DNA of 64,000 nucleotides from a virus. The translations under genes were made by a program, and so were the position numbers. Each line of letters opens with the position of its first letter. The first letter of the stretch is position 1. Under the pieces are notes generated by a model, which saw nothing but the letters and a program-made list of their open reading frames with translations, was not told where the DNA came from and did no database searches. The stretch lies in the IMG/VR virus record IMGVR_UViG_3300002301_000012, positions 1-64,000 of that record. One strand, written 5' to 3'. Positions 38,549-48,720 of the stretch are shown here, one piece after another.

Positions 38549-40283
38549 AGAGTTATTCACGAAAACGCAGAATGCTGCTGTCTGGTCCGCAATGTACCAG
38601 CCAGAAATCTATCGAGACAGGCCCGATGACTTTTCGCACATGGTGCTCGACTCCGAAACATGGAGCAAGCAAAGCGAAATACTCAACAGCTTATGTCGTT
38701 ATGGGCAGACGTGGGTTAAAGCCTGTCACGGTTCAGGCAAGAGTTATGCTGCGGCGCTGGCTTTGCTGTACTGGCTTGGGATCTGGGACGATGGCGTAGT
38801 CATATCAACCGCGCCGAAACAAGATCAAGTTGAACGCATACTCTGGGGAGAAGTTCATGCTGCGATTCGTCGCAGCAAGTATCCGTGGCCGCAGCCAAAC
38901 GTCGCCAGCCTGCGATTCAACGAAAAGCGTTATGCGACAGGAACGACCACTACAGTTACAGCGCAAAAAGGTTCAACAGCATTTCAGGGCACACACTCCG
39001 GCCATGTCCTGATCATCGTGGACGAGGCACCTGGTATTCATCCTGCAATCTGGGGTGCTATCGAAGGTATTCGTGCGGCCGGCTACGTCCGCGTGCTGGC
39101 ACTCGGCAACCCAACTATTCCCAGCGGTCCATTTTACGATGCTTTCACCACTCGGTCGCCGAACATCAACTGCATTACGATTTCAGCATTCGACACGCCG
39201 AACTTCAAAGACGTGTATCTGAAGTACATAGACACACAGACTGGCAAAATCGTTATTTTCGGCAACCTCAACGGGCGCAACCTTCTGGAGATGGATGTCG
39301 ACGAACTGAACGACAATCCTGCGCCATATCTGACGACCAAAAGCTGGGTGCGCGAACTGTACGACAAGGTGGGACCGGATCACTACAGCTTCATATCGCG
39401 AGCGCTGGGACAATTCCCGCACGAAGCACCGGATTCTCTTATCTCTCTTCGTTGGCTGGAACTGGCTGCCGAACGCGAGTTCTTTGCGGAAGATAATGAC
39501 AAACCGATCAAAGGTGGTATCGACGTTGCCGGCCCAGGCGAGGACGAGACAACACTGTTTTTGCGCCAAGGTCGGAACGTGCTGCTACAGAAGGCATATC
39601 CAGAGGCTGACCCAACAGGACGTGTGCTGGCTGATCTGATGCCGTTTAGGGATCGCATAGAAAACCTGAATATCGATGCTGATGGGATCGGATACTACTT
39701 CGCCAAAACCATCGAAAGCAATGGCTACAAGGTAACGTTTTGCCACGCTGGATGGGCAGCTATCGACACAGATCAATTCTTCAATTGGAAGGCTGAGATG
39801 TACTGGGGTTTCCGGATGCGGTGTCAGGCCGGCGACATCGCGGGATTAAAGGATTCCGTCACCTCTGGACAATTAACCACAATCCGTTGGAATAATAACC
39901 CCAGGGGTCAGACGGTGATAGAGTCAAAAGAGGATGCGAGGAAGCGCGGCGTGAAGTCACCGGATCGCGCAGAAGGAGCGATGCTTGCCTTCGCAGAGGC
40001 TCCAGTGCATGGAATCCTCGAACTTTGGCGCGATGAGTATGAGGCGCAAAAGCGCAAGGCACCAGAGCCTCGCGGTCCGAAGGTGGAGGATACCACCGCG
40101 ATACCGTTTAAAGAGCAGGCAGCCGCAGCCAAAGAAGAATCCGAAGTGCCATGGACTAAGGCACCAGAATCAGCGCCTAAGCTACCAGCGCGGCCTGTGT
40201 GCGACCAGTGCGGTTCCACTGGCGTCCGTGTATTCAGCGAGGCGTGGCAATGCGCTGTGTGCGGTGCAAGCGGTAAGATCTGA
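38538..40283 (+). CDS. terL: Terminase large subunit with a C-terminal zinc ribbon
   Basis: Walker A ACHGSGKS, Walker B IIVDEA, LGNP, nuclease motifs GIDVA, IDADGIG and SPDRAE. Confidence 0.93.
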   Translation: MLGEELFTKTQNAAVWSAMYQPEIYRDRPDDFSHMVLDSETWSKQSEILNSLCRYGQTWVKACHGSGKSYAAALALLYWLGIWDDGVVISTAPKQDQVERILWGEVHAAIRRSKYPWPQPNVASLRFNEKRYATGTTTTVTAQKGSTAFQGTHSGHVLIIVDEAPGIHPAIWGAIEGIRAAGYVRVLALGNPTIPSGPFYDAFTTRSPNINCITISAFDTPNFKDVYLKYIDTQTGKIVIFGNLNGRNLLEMDVDELNDNPAPYLTTKSWVRELYDKVGPDHYSFISRALGQFPHEAPDSLISLRWLELAAEREFFAEDNDKPIKGGIDVAGPGEDETTLFLRQGRNVLLQKAYPEADPTGRVLADLMPFRDRIENLNIDADGIGYYFAKTIESNGYKVTFCHAGWAAIDTDQFFNWKAEMYWGFRMRCQAGDIAGLKDSVTSGQLTTIRWNNNPRGQTVIESKEDARKRGVKSPDRAEGAMLAFAEAPVHGILELWRDEYEAQKRKAPEPRGPKVEDTTAIPFKEQAAAAKEESEVPWTKAPESAPKLPARPVCDQCGSTGVRVFSEAWQCAVCGASGKI

Positions 40284-40289
40284 GAACGC

Positions 40290-40317
40290 AAAAAAGCCCG
40301 CTCCGGAAGAGCGGGCT
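40290..40317 (-). terminator. Intrinsic terminator (minus strand, possibly bidirectional)
   Basis: AGCCCGCTC-CGGAA-GAGCGGGCT stem with an A6 run on the left. Confidence 0.75.
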
Positions 40318-40512
40318 GGTGCTGTCTAAGCAGCGGCTCAGAAATTCGCTCCAGACATGCAAGCGAAATCTGATCTTTTTTAAGCGAGCAGCCCTTTGAG
40401 CCGGATAGTAAAACGGCGGATATCGTCATGCGGACCACCCGCAGCCAGCAGAGACCAGTCGCAGAGCCTTGTCCAGCAGCAGACCGCCTTTGCCACAACA
40501 CTGCGGTGCTGT

Positions 40513-41365
40513 TCATTTCCGGCTATTCGATGCGTGGATATCCAGCGCTCTTGCACACGACTGGAACATGCGAAGGACTCCTGCCTCGTTTTCCCAGTCA
40601 CCTTCGATGCTTTGCATCCAGATTAAATTGTCCAGCCAGACAGGGTTCATCGTTTTCCTTTCTTCGTTCGCGGGCTGGCCGCTATCGCCAGTCGCACGCT
40701 GACTGCATTCTGTGCGCTCCGTTGCTCGGAGTCGAGCTTACTCCACCGGGACAGTGCTGCCTCACGACGGGCGACGCTGACCTCCGCGCGGGATTTACGC
40801 TTGCGCGGCATTCAGATCGTTATCCTTCCACACTTTGCGTAAGTGCTGCGGATAGTTCGCAGGTCGCCGTATTCCGTGATCCAGCCGTTAACCGTAAGCC
40901 ACGCATCAGCGTCTTCGTTCATCGCTTCGCGTGCCTGGCGAACCGTAAGCCCCTGTGCCATTTCCGTGCTAAAGGCATCGGTAGTGCCGATCTCTCGTAC
41001 AATTCGCGCCGCAGCGGCTTCTGCCGACACCGAGCGAAACTGAATCTTCATGTTGGTCGAATTGATGATGGTTACCATGGCTTATTTCGCCTCCTGTGTG
41101 GAGTATCTGTACTTGACGACACTGCCGAACAGGTCGTGTGTAACGCCAGGTGAGCGTAGCGTACTGTATCTACCGGCACGCAGGTAGTAGATCGCATTCA
41201 TGATGCTGCGCCATGCTCCAGGTGACTTGGTATCGTCCGCTGCCTGTGCGAGAACTTCAATCGGATCGATCTTCATTTGCTTTTCTCCTATTTTCGTTTC
41301 CATTTTTTCCCTCGATCAACCTTCGATCTGATACCAGTATACACGGTGCAAATGCACTTTGCAAT
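40513..41365 (-). other. Self-contained leftward cassette of about four small genes with its own promoter
   Basis: Promoter TTGCAA-N17-TATACT (41337-41365); ORFs 41082-41303, 40812-41078, a basic 54-aa ORF MPRKRKSR... and a 45-aa ORF. Confidence 0.55.
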
Positions 41366-42097
41366 ACATGATGCAAATGGTTTGCGAAAGAAAGGCGAAC
41401 GTACTGTTAAATCATGTCGTACAATGAGTCCTATGGAGCCACCAAACCGCCAGTGCAGATGCGTTAACACCGATCCGATGAACTGCCGCAGGTATCGCGG
41501 ACTGACTGGAGCCTGTGCTTGTCTTTGCCACGGCCAGCCACAGCAGAAGGCCACCACTGCGCAGGAACTGCGAAAGCCGACAGGAACGCGGTCGGAGTTG
41601 AAAAAGTAGCACGGTGAAACATTACGCTGAATATGGATACTAGAAACGCTTTTGAATCATTGGCTGCCGGCCTGAAGCGACGGAATAAGGCCAAGCGAAG
41701 CCAGCGCAGTCGGTTCAACGGGCCGTTGCCGGGATGCCAAGTGAAGGAGATTCACTGCTCTGGCAAGTGCAAGCAGTGCCTTGCAGTTCGCTCGCGCAAC
41801 TACCGGCGATTCGGAACTACCGTTGCACCTCAGTGATTCGCGACCACTGCGCAATCGGCGGCGACAGCATTCCCTGCGAACGGAACCATATCTTCCATCC
41901 ATCGCGTTCAAGTTGACGGTTAGCCTCGTTCCACTTCCATCCACCGTGAACGCGAAGTCGGTCTTTCATATCTTCGATGGAAGTGTCTGGCGTGTATGGT
42001 TTGTAGCGTCCGAACAAATCGGGTCCGCTGCCAGCCCATGGAATAAGCGCGGCATCGGCACGTCCTGCTGCTATTGAGTCCTCAATGTCTTGAATAT

Positions 42098-42730
42098 TCA
42101 AAATTGCAAAACCCCTTGGCTCAATCTTTTGGCAGAGATTTCACAATACCGCTCCTCGATCTCGATTCCGATGCACCGACGATTTAGATCCTTGCAGGCA
42201 CGTGCTGTTGTGCCAGATCCTAAGAACGGGTCCACAATTAATTCACCTTCCAGCGATGCACGATTGATAAGCCACTTCCATTGATCGATAGGCTTCGGAC
42301 AGGGATGGCCGTTCTTTTCTGCTGCGGTTGTCGCAGTGTAAGAATCAGGACGAGAGCCTTTCCCCGCATATGGGTCAGTGCCGTAAAACAGGATCGGCTG
42401 CCAACAAGTGAATCCCCACGGATTGACGCCAGATCCGGCAGGATAGGAAAAACTTCCGATCCAGTCCGGTTGAGGGTATCTGAATAGATGGCGGATTCCG
42501 CTGGTTAAAGCGATTCGCTTGGTAGAAAATCGCAATAGTGCAAGAACGGACAGTGCCAGCGTAACATCGTCTGCTGAATCGTGGCCGCTGGCGTAGTTCT
42601 CTCCGATGCCATACTGAGGATCTGTAATTGCGGCGTCGAAACCTGCCTCGCATAATGCAGGCAGTAGATCCAAGCAGTTCGCGTGGTAAATCGTAATACC
42701 AGCCTGTTCATCCACGAAGTAAGGTTTCAT
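42098..42730 (-). CDS. DNA methyltransferase (N4C/N6A, beta class)
   Basis: ITDPQYG, HPCPKP, VDPFLGSGTT and GIEIEERYC motifs. Confidence 0.85.
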   Translation of the reverse strand: MKPYFVDEQAGITIYHANCLDLLPALCEAGFDAAITDPQYGIGENYASGHDSADDVTLALSVLALLRFSTKRIALTSGIRHLFRYPQPDWIGSFSYPAGSGVNPWGFTCWQPILFYGTDPYAGKGSRPDSYTATTAAEKNGHPCPKPIDQWKWLINRASLEGELIVDPFLGSGTTARACKDLNRRCIGIEIEERYCEISAKRLSQGVLQF

Positions 42731-43099
42731 TTTTGTTCGAAGTCCAATATACGCTGGTTGGCAAAGCGAAGTCGAGTCCTGCCAGCACGCCAGAGCTTAC
42801 CAAGGCGGCTGCGCTCTGCTGGCGACCGGCGCGACCATACCAGCTTCATTGCGGCGCTGCGGTTGCCGTTCACGGACGGCCTGTTTTTTCTCGTTGACAG
42901 TTCGCCTCTCAATGGATAATACTATAGCAAGTAGTGAGCGACGAGACAACAGGAAATACAGTATCGATCAAGGCAAGGCTACGCAAGTGCCGCTTTTGCG
43001 GTTACGAGTGGGCGCTCAGATCGCTATTGCGTCCTGAGCCGACACGGTGCCCTAACAACGCCTGTCGGTCGACACGGTGGAAGGAAGGAACGAGGAGAC

Positions 43100-43930
43100 G
43101 TGGAAAAAACAAACCAGCCTGAAGAAAATCAGGTAGTAATACAGGAGGCATCGTCGGACCTTCAGTTCTCGATCCACATGGAGCGCGTTCAGCAGGGTCC
43201 AACGTTCAACGACCTGCGCAAGATGTCGCGGCACGAGCGGTTGCGCCCGCTCATAGAGCAGCGCAAAGACCGCATCTATGCGGCTCCGTGGAAGTTCGAA
43301 CCTGAGTCGCGGTACTGGCGCGGCAGCGATACGATCCAGATGTCGCGAAGGCTGACAGAAGTATTTGCTGAGCCAGACGGCCTGATTCCATTTCAAAAGT
43401 GGCTGCGCATCGTGCTGGAGGATGTGTTCGTTGTCGATGCGGTCGCAGTGTATATCGAGAAGCGAGCGTTCAAGAAGCCACTATCAGAGGTTTTCCCTGA
43501 TGGAATATCGGAAACGACCATTCGGCCTTACTTTCGACTGATCGATCCTTCCACGATTGCATTAATAGTCGACCAGTTCGGCAACCGGCCAGTCTACACA
43601 GCAGAGCATCCTGTGCCGTTTGCAGTGCAGGCAACGGACGACGAGCCAGTGTTTTTCAGCGAAAAGGAGCTTTACCACGGCATTCGGCACGACCGGCGCA
43701 AAGACGGCTGGCTGTGGGGCAAGAGCAAGATCGAGCAGGTCGCGGCGCTGGAGTACGAGTGCTCGCAGATGGTACTGAAGGAAAGCAAAGACAAGGCCAT
43801 GTTCGGCGTGTTTGAACCGCTGATTGGCGACACTGCCGGCGACCTGGACTGGCTGGAAGAAATGATCAACGGAATTGTTATGCAGTGCTACGGTGAGACG
43901 CATTGCCGGTTCCGCTGGCTGGTGAACTGA
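43100..43930 (+). CDS. Truncated portal-protein paralogue
   Basis: VFAEPDGLIPFQKWLRIVLEDVFVVDAVAVY aligns with FWAKPDGFNTFRQWLRMLSEDLLVCDAVACY of the true portal at 48721. Confidence 0.75.
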   Translation: MEKTNQPEENQVVIQEASSDLQFSIHMERVQQGPTFNDLRKMSRHERLRPLIEQRKDRIYAAPWKFEPESRYWRGSDTIQMSRRLTEVFAEPDGLIPFQKWLRIVLEDVFVVDAVAVYIEKRAFKKPLSEVFPDGISETTIRPYFRLIDPSTIALIVDQFGNRPVYTAEHPVPFAVQATDDEPVFFSEKELYHGIRHDRRKDGWLWGKSKIEQVAALEYECSQMVLKESKDKAMFGVFEPLIGDTAGDLDWLEEMINGIVMQCYGETHCRFRWLVN

Positions 43931-44069
43931 TTTTATGAGTTACGTGTGGGCTGATCCGTCGAGTAAAGATTGCATTGGCAAAGATGACGAACGTCCTTCA
44001 CTGGCCGGGGCGATTTTTCTGGTCGTTCTGATCGTTGCGGCGCTTTCATTCTGGAAAGGACAGTAGGCT

Positions 44070-44441
44070 GTGCATCAGTCCATCCTCTACGACATCCTCG
44101 GTGTAAAGCGCGGCGCTACGGTTGACGAAATCAACAAAGCGTATCGCAAGCGAGCGTTCGACCTGCATCCGGATCGAAACCATAATCCAGATGCGCTGGA
44201 ACAGATCAATCTACTGAATGTCGCGCGGGCCACGCTGGTCGACAAAAAGAAGCGAACGCAGTACGATGCCTCATTGATTCGGCTAGGCGGTGTCAGCCAC
44301 GCCTGGTTCTGTCCTGAGTGCGATAACGTGCAGGTCTTTGTCAGCCAATACATCTGGAAGTGCAATGTATGTGGGCTGTGGGGAAGGCTGATCAAGGTAG
44401 CTGCTTACATCGGTGAGGAAGTGAAGGAGGTTCCCGCGTGA
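44070..44441 (+). CDS. DnaJ (J-domain) protein with a C-terminal zinc ribbon
   Basis: LYDILGVKRGATVDEINKAYRKRAFDLHPDRN contains the HPD motif; CPEC...CNVC. Confidence 0.88.
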   Translation: MHQSILYDILGVKRGATVDEINKAYRKRAFDLHPDRNHNPDALEQINLLNVARATLVDKKKRTQYDASLIRLGGVSHAWFCPECDNVQVFVSQYIWKCNVCGLWGRLIKVAAYIGEEVKEVPA

Positions 44442-44751
44442 TAGCGTACTGGTTCACTTGGTTATTTCTGGCTCTGGCAATAGCGTTCAACATGTATGTT
44501 CACTGGCGTGTTCGGCACGACCCAATGTGGCCGGATCGAGCGTTAGACGAACTGAGGTACACAATTCGCACTTTTCGGATTGTTGAACGACGGAAGGCTA
44601 TACGTAAATACAAGCAGAAGATTGCTGAAGGAATGCGGCGACCTAGGAAGGTCGAGATCATTGAATACGTGTGGGGACGCTGCATGACCAACACTGAAAT
44701 CGAGTTTCTGATTTATGGGAATAACCTGATCGGTGGCAGGAGGTTTCCGAA

Positions 44752-45027
44752 GTGACACAATCCATGCTCAACTTTGATCCGCCATCCATCCCGGTCAATG
44801 TGACAGTGGACCAGCGGGAAGTCAAACGCCTGTCGAAGCAGTGCGCCGCTATCCTCGAACGACTGCAAGCCGGCGATGCCACGAACCACGAACTGGCGCA
44901 GATTGCTCTGAAGTACACCAGCCGAATAAGCGACCTTCGTGCAGCTGGATACCAGATCGAAGTGGCTTCTCGCGATCACGATTCCGGCCTTGTTTGGTAT
45001 AGACTAGTCAAGGAGAAAACGCAATGA
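44752..45027 (+). CDS. Winged-helix DNA-binding protein
   Basis: QCAAILERL...YTSRISDLRAAGYQIE...VWYRL. Confidence 0.65.
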   Translation: MTQSMLNFDPPSIPVNVTVDQREVKRLSKQCAAILERLQAGDATNHELAQIALKYTSRISDLRAAGYQIEVASRDHDSGLVWYRLVKEKTQ

Positions 45028-45439
45028 CGAAGCCTGATTTGATGCTTTGCATGGCAGCCGCCGCTTGTTTATTTATGGTACGCGGTTCGGCCATGTACTT
45101 GCTTCGTTATTGGCACTGGTGGCGAGCACGTAAAGCTCTTGAGCGATTGCAGACACTAATGCAAAGCAGCGGTCCTGAGACATCGTACAAGCTGGCTATC
45201 GTTCAGCAGGCGTTGCTGGAACGCAAACCGCGACTGTTTCCTGTTCTTCGCGCCAACATCAATGCGTTGCGCGCGCTGGCCATTCTGTTGCCGGTAGCGA
45301 TAAAGACTGTACTTCTGTGGAACCACGAGTTAACGTGGACATTCGTGGCCAGCCGGTATCCTGCCGAATGGAAACGGGCGTGCGCGATTTGTCCTAAATA
45401 CGAAACAGTTCGCCAGCGGGAAGGCGTGAAGGAAATCGC

Positions 45440-45961
45440 ATGATCTTTGAGCGCATCGGGCGGATATTCGCTCCCTCAAATTCGGTTGAAAAACCGGAAG
45501 TGGCCACCGATAAACCGTTGATAGAAAAGCCAGTTGCAGATGAGGCGAATTGCTCAAGCATAAAGGGCAGATCGATGGTCGGCTACTCTCGGCGTGGGTT
45601 CTTGGGAATGCTGGCATCAGCTGCGGTCGCCTCTGAGATAAAAAAACCAGAATGGTTGAGCGAAATTCGGGATCGCGCTGATGCTCATGTTGCCAATCTC
45701 GCAGACGGTGGATACTACGACATAAAGTGGCCTATCAAAACGCGGTGGCATGAGTTCGGTGTTTTGTGTACAGAAACACTAGAGGTTTTTATTCCGATGC
45801 AATCGCCTGTTGGTCTATCGCGTGGCGAGTACCATGTATCGGAGACTGGCGTTTTTACCTTCAATCAGGCCGACGCGAATAAAACCGTATCGATTTCACA
45901 CAATGAATACGCGCGAAGAAAGTGTCCGGCGACTGCTGCGCTACCGTGGGACCACCGATGA
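45440..45961 (+). CDS. Chimeric protein: twin-Arg-like motif, capsid-like C-terminal segment and tail-tube-like segment
   Basis: SRRGFLG motif; two segments align with this phage's capsid C-terminus and tail tube (see findings). Confidence 0.5.
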   Translation: MIFERIGRIFAPSNSVEKPEVATDKPLIEKPVADEANCSSIKGRSMVGYSRRGFLGMLASAAVASEIKKPEWLSEIRDRADAHVANLADGGYYDIKWPIKTRWHEFGVLCTETLEVFIPMQSPVGLSRGEYHVSETGVFTFNQADANKTVSISHNEYARRKCPATAALPWDHR

Positions 45962-47361
45962 AATTGATTCTGTTTGGTTTGATCCTGATTAGCGCCAATA
46001 TCGCAGTGATCTGGTTGACGTTGCAGTTTCTACCGGCGACAGTCTGGCCGGTACTGTACTATCGCAAGGCGCAACGCGCATGGGTGAAACACTCCCCTTT
46101 GCTTGATGCCAGGTGGCGTCGGCTGAAGTACTGGCCGCACAAAGTCGCTCGGTCCTGGATTGAACGCTGGATGATTTGGCGTGTCCGCGAATACTTTCTG
46201 TGGTTCCCTGATCGGACCACCTGTCCAGCGTGCGGAAAGAAGGCTGTTCATCCGTTCGAGTTCCATCCGCAGGCGCGAGTCCTTCGAGTGACTTGCTTAC
46301 GCTGCAAAGCCAACTTTCCGAAGCAGCCGATATATAGTGCGGCATCGTGGATGCCGGATCTACCAGTGGCAAAACCAAACAAGGAGCAGGAGTAGAAAAA
46401 AATGAACGAAGAACCTCAATCGAAAGAACCATCTGGATTTGTTGTGCCAGTGAAGGCGATATCTGAAACACGGCTGGTTCACCAGGCCATTCAGGTATCG
46501 CGGCGCGACGAGCGAAACAGGGAAAACCATTCACTCGGTCTGCATGTGGATCGGATTCCGACCTGTCCAGACTGTCCACCGTACAGAGAGACACGTGCAT
46601 GACCGGCGACCAGCGGATGTTCATTCGAAGACATTTGCAGTTTTTCGAGGAGGTTGATCCTCGGAATGGCAGACGCGCTGCAATTCGGGCGGCTTACGAT
46701 TCAGGAATTAAAGCGCTGGAGATCGCTCGGTTTCTGCGGGTTCATCACAAAGCCGTCTATGCGGCAATACACCACAAACGGCCGGCCAAGACAACACTGG
46801 AGATGGCGCGGAAGCAGATCATCACCGCCCGCAAAGCGATGTCACGAGCGCAAAGTGCATTGCGTGTTGCCGAAGGCAAAGAACGGGCGGCGCTGGAAAG
46901 GTTGAAGCTACGAGCATGAGGCGCGTAAAGACTGCCGTTCCTATGGATGAGTGCAAGCGCAGGGTGTTAGCATTCATCCGCAAAGAGCCTAAGCGTTTAC
47001 ACAAAGCCTCTGAGTTTGCCTGTGAAATATGGCCTGACTCGGAATTTACAGCGCAAGGTGCCGGAGCCGCTGCTAGTCGTATTCTCAAGGCTTTGGAAAA
47101 AGATAACCTGGTTGAATGGATCAGTTCGACTGCGGACTGGGGATGGAGGTTACGATGAGCCTTGAAGTCTACGGCGACGGCGATGCGGAAGACCTCTGCG
47201 AACTCGCAAACCGCTACGATCACAGCCTGTATCCAGATGGCAAGTGGCGCGAAGACGACTCGGAGCCAGGTAAGACCGACGCCGAGATGTGGGAGTACGT
47301 GGAAGACAGACGGCAATCGGATCTGGAGGATATGGCGTTGAGCGGGGAGGATATGGCGTGA
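45958..47361 (+). CDS. Run of short hypothetical genes (membrane/Zn-ribbon protein 45958-46395, then 46402-46602, 46599-46919, 46916-47158, ~47155-47361)
   Basis: Coupled starts and stops. Confidence 0.45.
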
Positions 47362-48587
47362 GTTTCGAGATCAGGCAGGGTCATACGCTCGACTTGCTCC
47401 GTGCGATGCCAACCGATAGCGTCCATTGCGTCTGTTCCTCGCCCCCCTACTGGGGGCTGAGGGATTACAAGATCGAACCTCAGATATGGAACGATCCCGG
47501 CAACTGCGAACATCACTTTACGGATGAAGAAATCGCTACTGAAGTCGGCCGGGGAAATTGGGCGCAGGCGGTTAATGGCCGTGGGGAGGCACAAGGAGAT
47601 ATCGCTGCCTTCCGTGAACCGATCCGAGCGACACAGTCGCGGGGCTTCTGTGCGTGTGGTGCCTGGCGTGGGCAACTCGGCATGGAGCCGACGCCGGAAT
47701 TATTCATCGCGCATATTACCGATATCTTCCGCGAAGTACGCCGGGTGCTCAGACCAGACGGTACGTGCTGGATCAATATTGGTGACTCGTATGCCGCGCA
47801 TCCTGGACAGCGCAAGACGACGGATAAGGCTGGTCCTAAGCAGCAGACGAATACAGCGTCTCCCCAGACGCCTTCACGCTGCGTCGATGGCCTTAAAGCC
47901 AAGGATCTCGTTGGCATTCCGTGGATGATGGCCTTTGCGCTTCGTGCCGACGGTTGGTATCTGCGTTCTGAGATCATCTGGCAGAAAATCAATCCCATGC
48001 CGGAATCGGTACGTGATCGACCGACAAAGGCGCATGAGCAAATCTTTCTTTTATCAAAGTCTTCAAAGTATTGGTACGACGCTGATGCGATTAAGGAACG
48101 GGCCGGAGACGATACGCACGCTCGATACGCGCGGGGTCGATCAGACGACCACAAATGGGCCGATGGTGGACCAGGCAACCAATCCATAGCGAAATCATTC
48201 GCGCATATGGCAAACCGCGAACGTGTCCGCGCGGCTGGCGTGAATCCGAAGTGCGCCGAACCGGGCAGCGGGATCAAGCAGAACTCCAGTTTCAGCGCAG
48301 CGGTCAAAGACATCGTTGAATACCGCAACAAGCGCGACGTATGGCCGATGGCTTCCATGCCAACACCGGAGGCGCATTTTGCTACCTTCCCGCTGGAGTT
48401 GCCGGAAACCTGTATTCTCGCTGGTTGTCCGCCGGATGGTCTGGTGCTCGATCCGTTTTCCGGGGCCGGAACCACTGGACTCGCCGCACTGAAGCATGGT
48501 CGTAGCTTTCTCGGGCTGGAACTCAATCCTGAATACATCGCCATCGCCCATTCCCGCCTGAACAAAAGGATGCCCCTGTTCGCTTAA
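47358..48587 (+). CDS. DNA methyltransferase (N4C/N6A, beta class)
   Basis: CSSPPYWGLRDY, NIGDSY, HFATFP, LDPFSGAGTT and GLELNPEY motifs; GTG start after GGAGG. Confidence 0.9.
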   Translation: MSFEIRQGHTLDLLRAMPTDSVHCVCSSPPYWGLRDYKIEPQIWNDPGNCEHHFTDEEIATEVGRGNWAQAVNGRGEAQGDIAAFREPIRATQSRGFCACGAWRGQLGMEPTPELFIAHITDIFREVRRVLRPDGTCWINIGDSYAAHPGQRKTTDKAGPKQQTNTASPQTPSRCVDGLKAKDLVGIPWMMAFALRADGWYLRSEIIWQKINPMPESVRDRPTKAHEQIFLLSKSSKYWYDADAIKERAGDDTHARYARGRSDDHKWADGGPGNQSIAKSFAHMANRERVRAAGVNPKCAEPGSGIKQNSSFSAAVKDIVEYRNKRDVWPMASMPTPEAHFATFPLELPETCILAGCPPDGLVLDPFSGAGTTGLAALKHGRSFLGLELNPEYIAIAHSRLNKRMPLFA

Positions 48588-48720
48588 ACCTATTATGCAG
48601 ATTTCCAACTTCAAACCCCTCGACAAAAACACCCTACGCGGCGTGTTATAGCCAGTTAGTTTCCTACTGACTAATCCTGTATAGCGAAGAACAGTGCCTT
48701 TCGGTTATGATACGCACTGA

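Noticed and set aside
47513-48565. 350-aa antisense ORF over the MTase
   Set aside because: It has no domain motifs or clear RBS, unlike the intein antisense gene, and looks like a typical GC-rich shadow frame.
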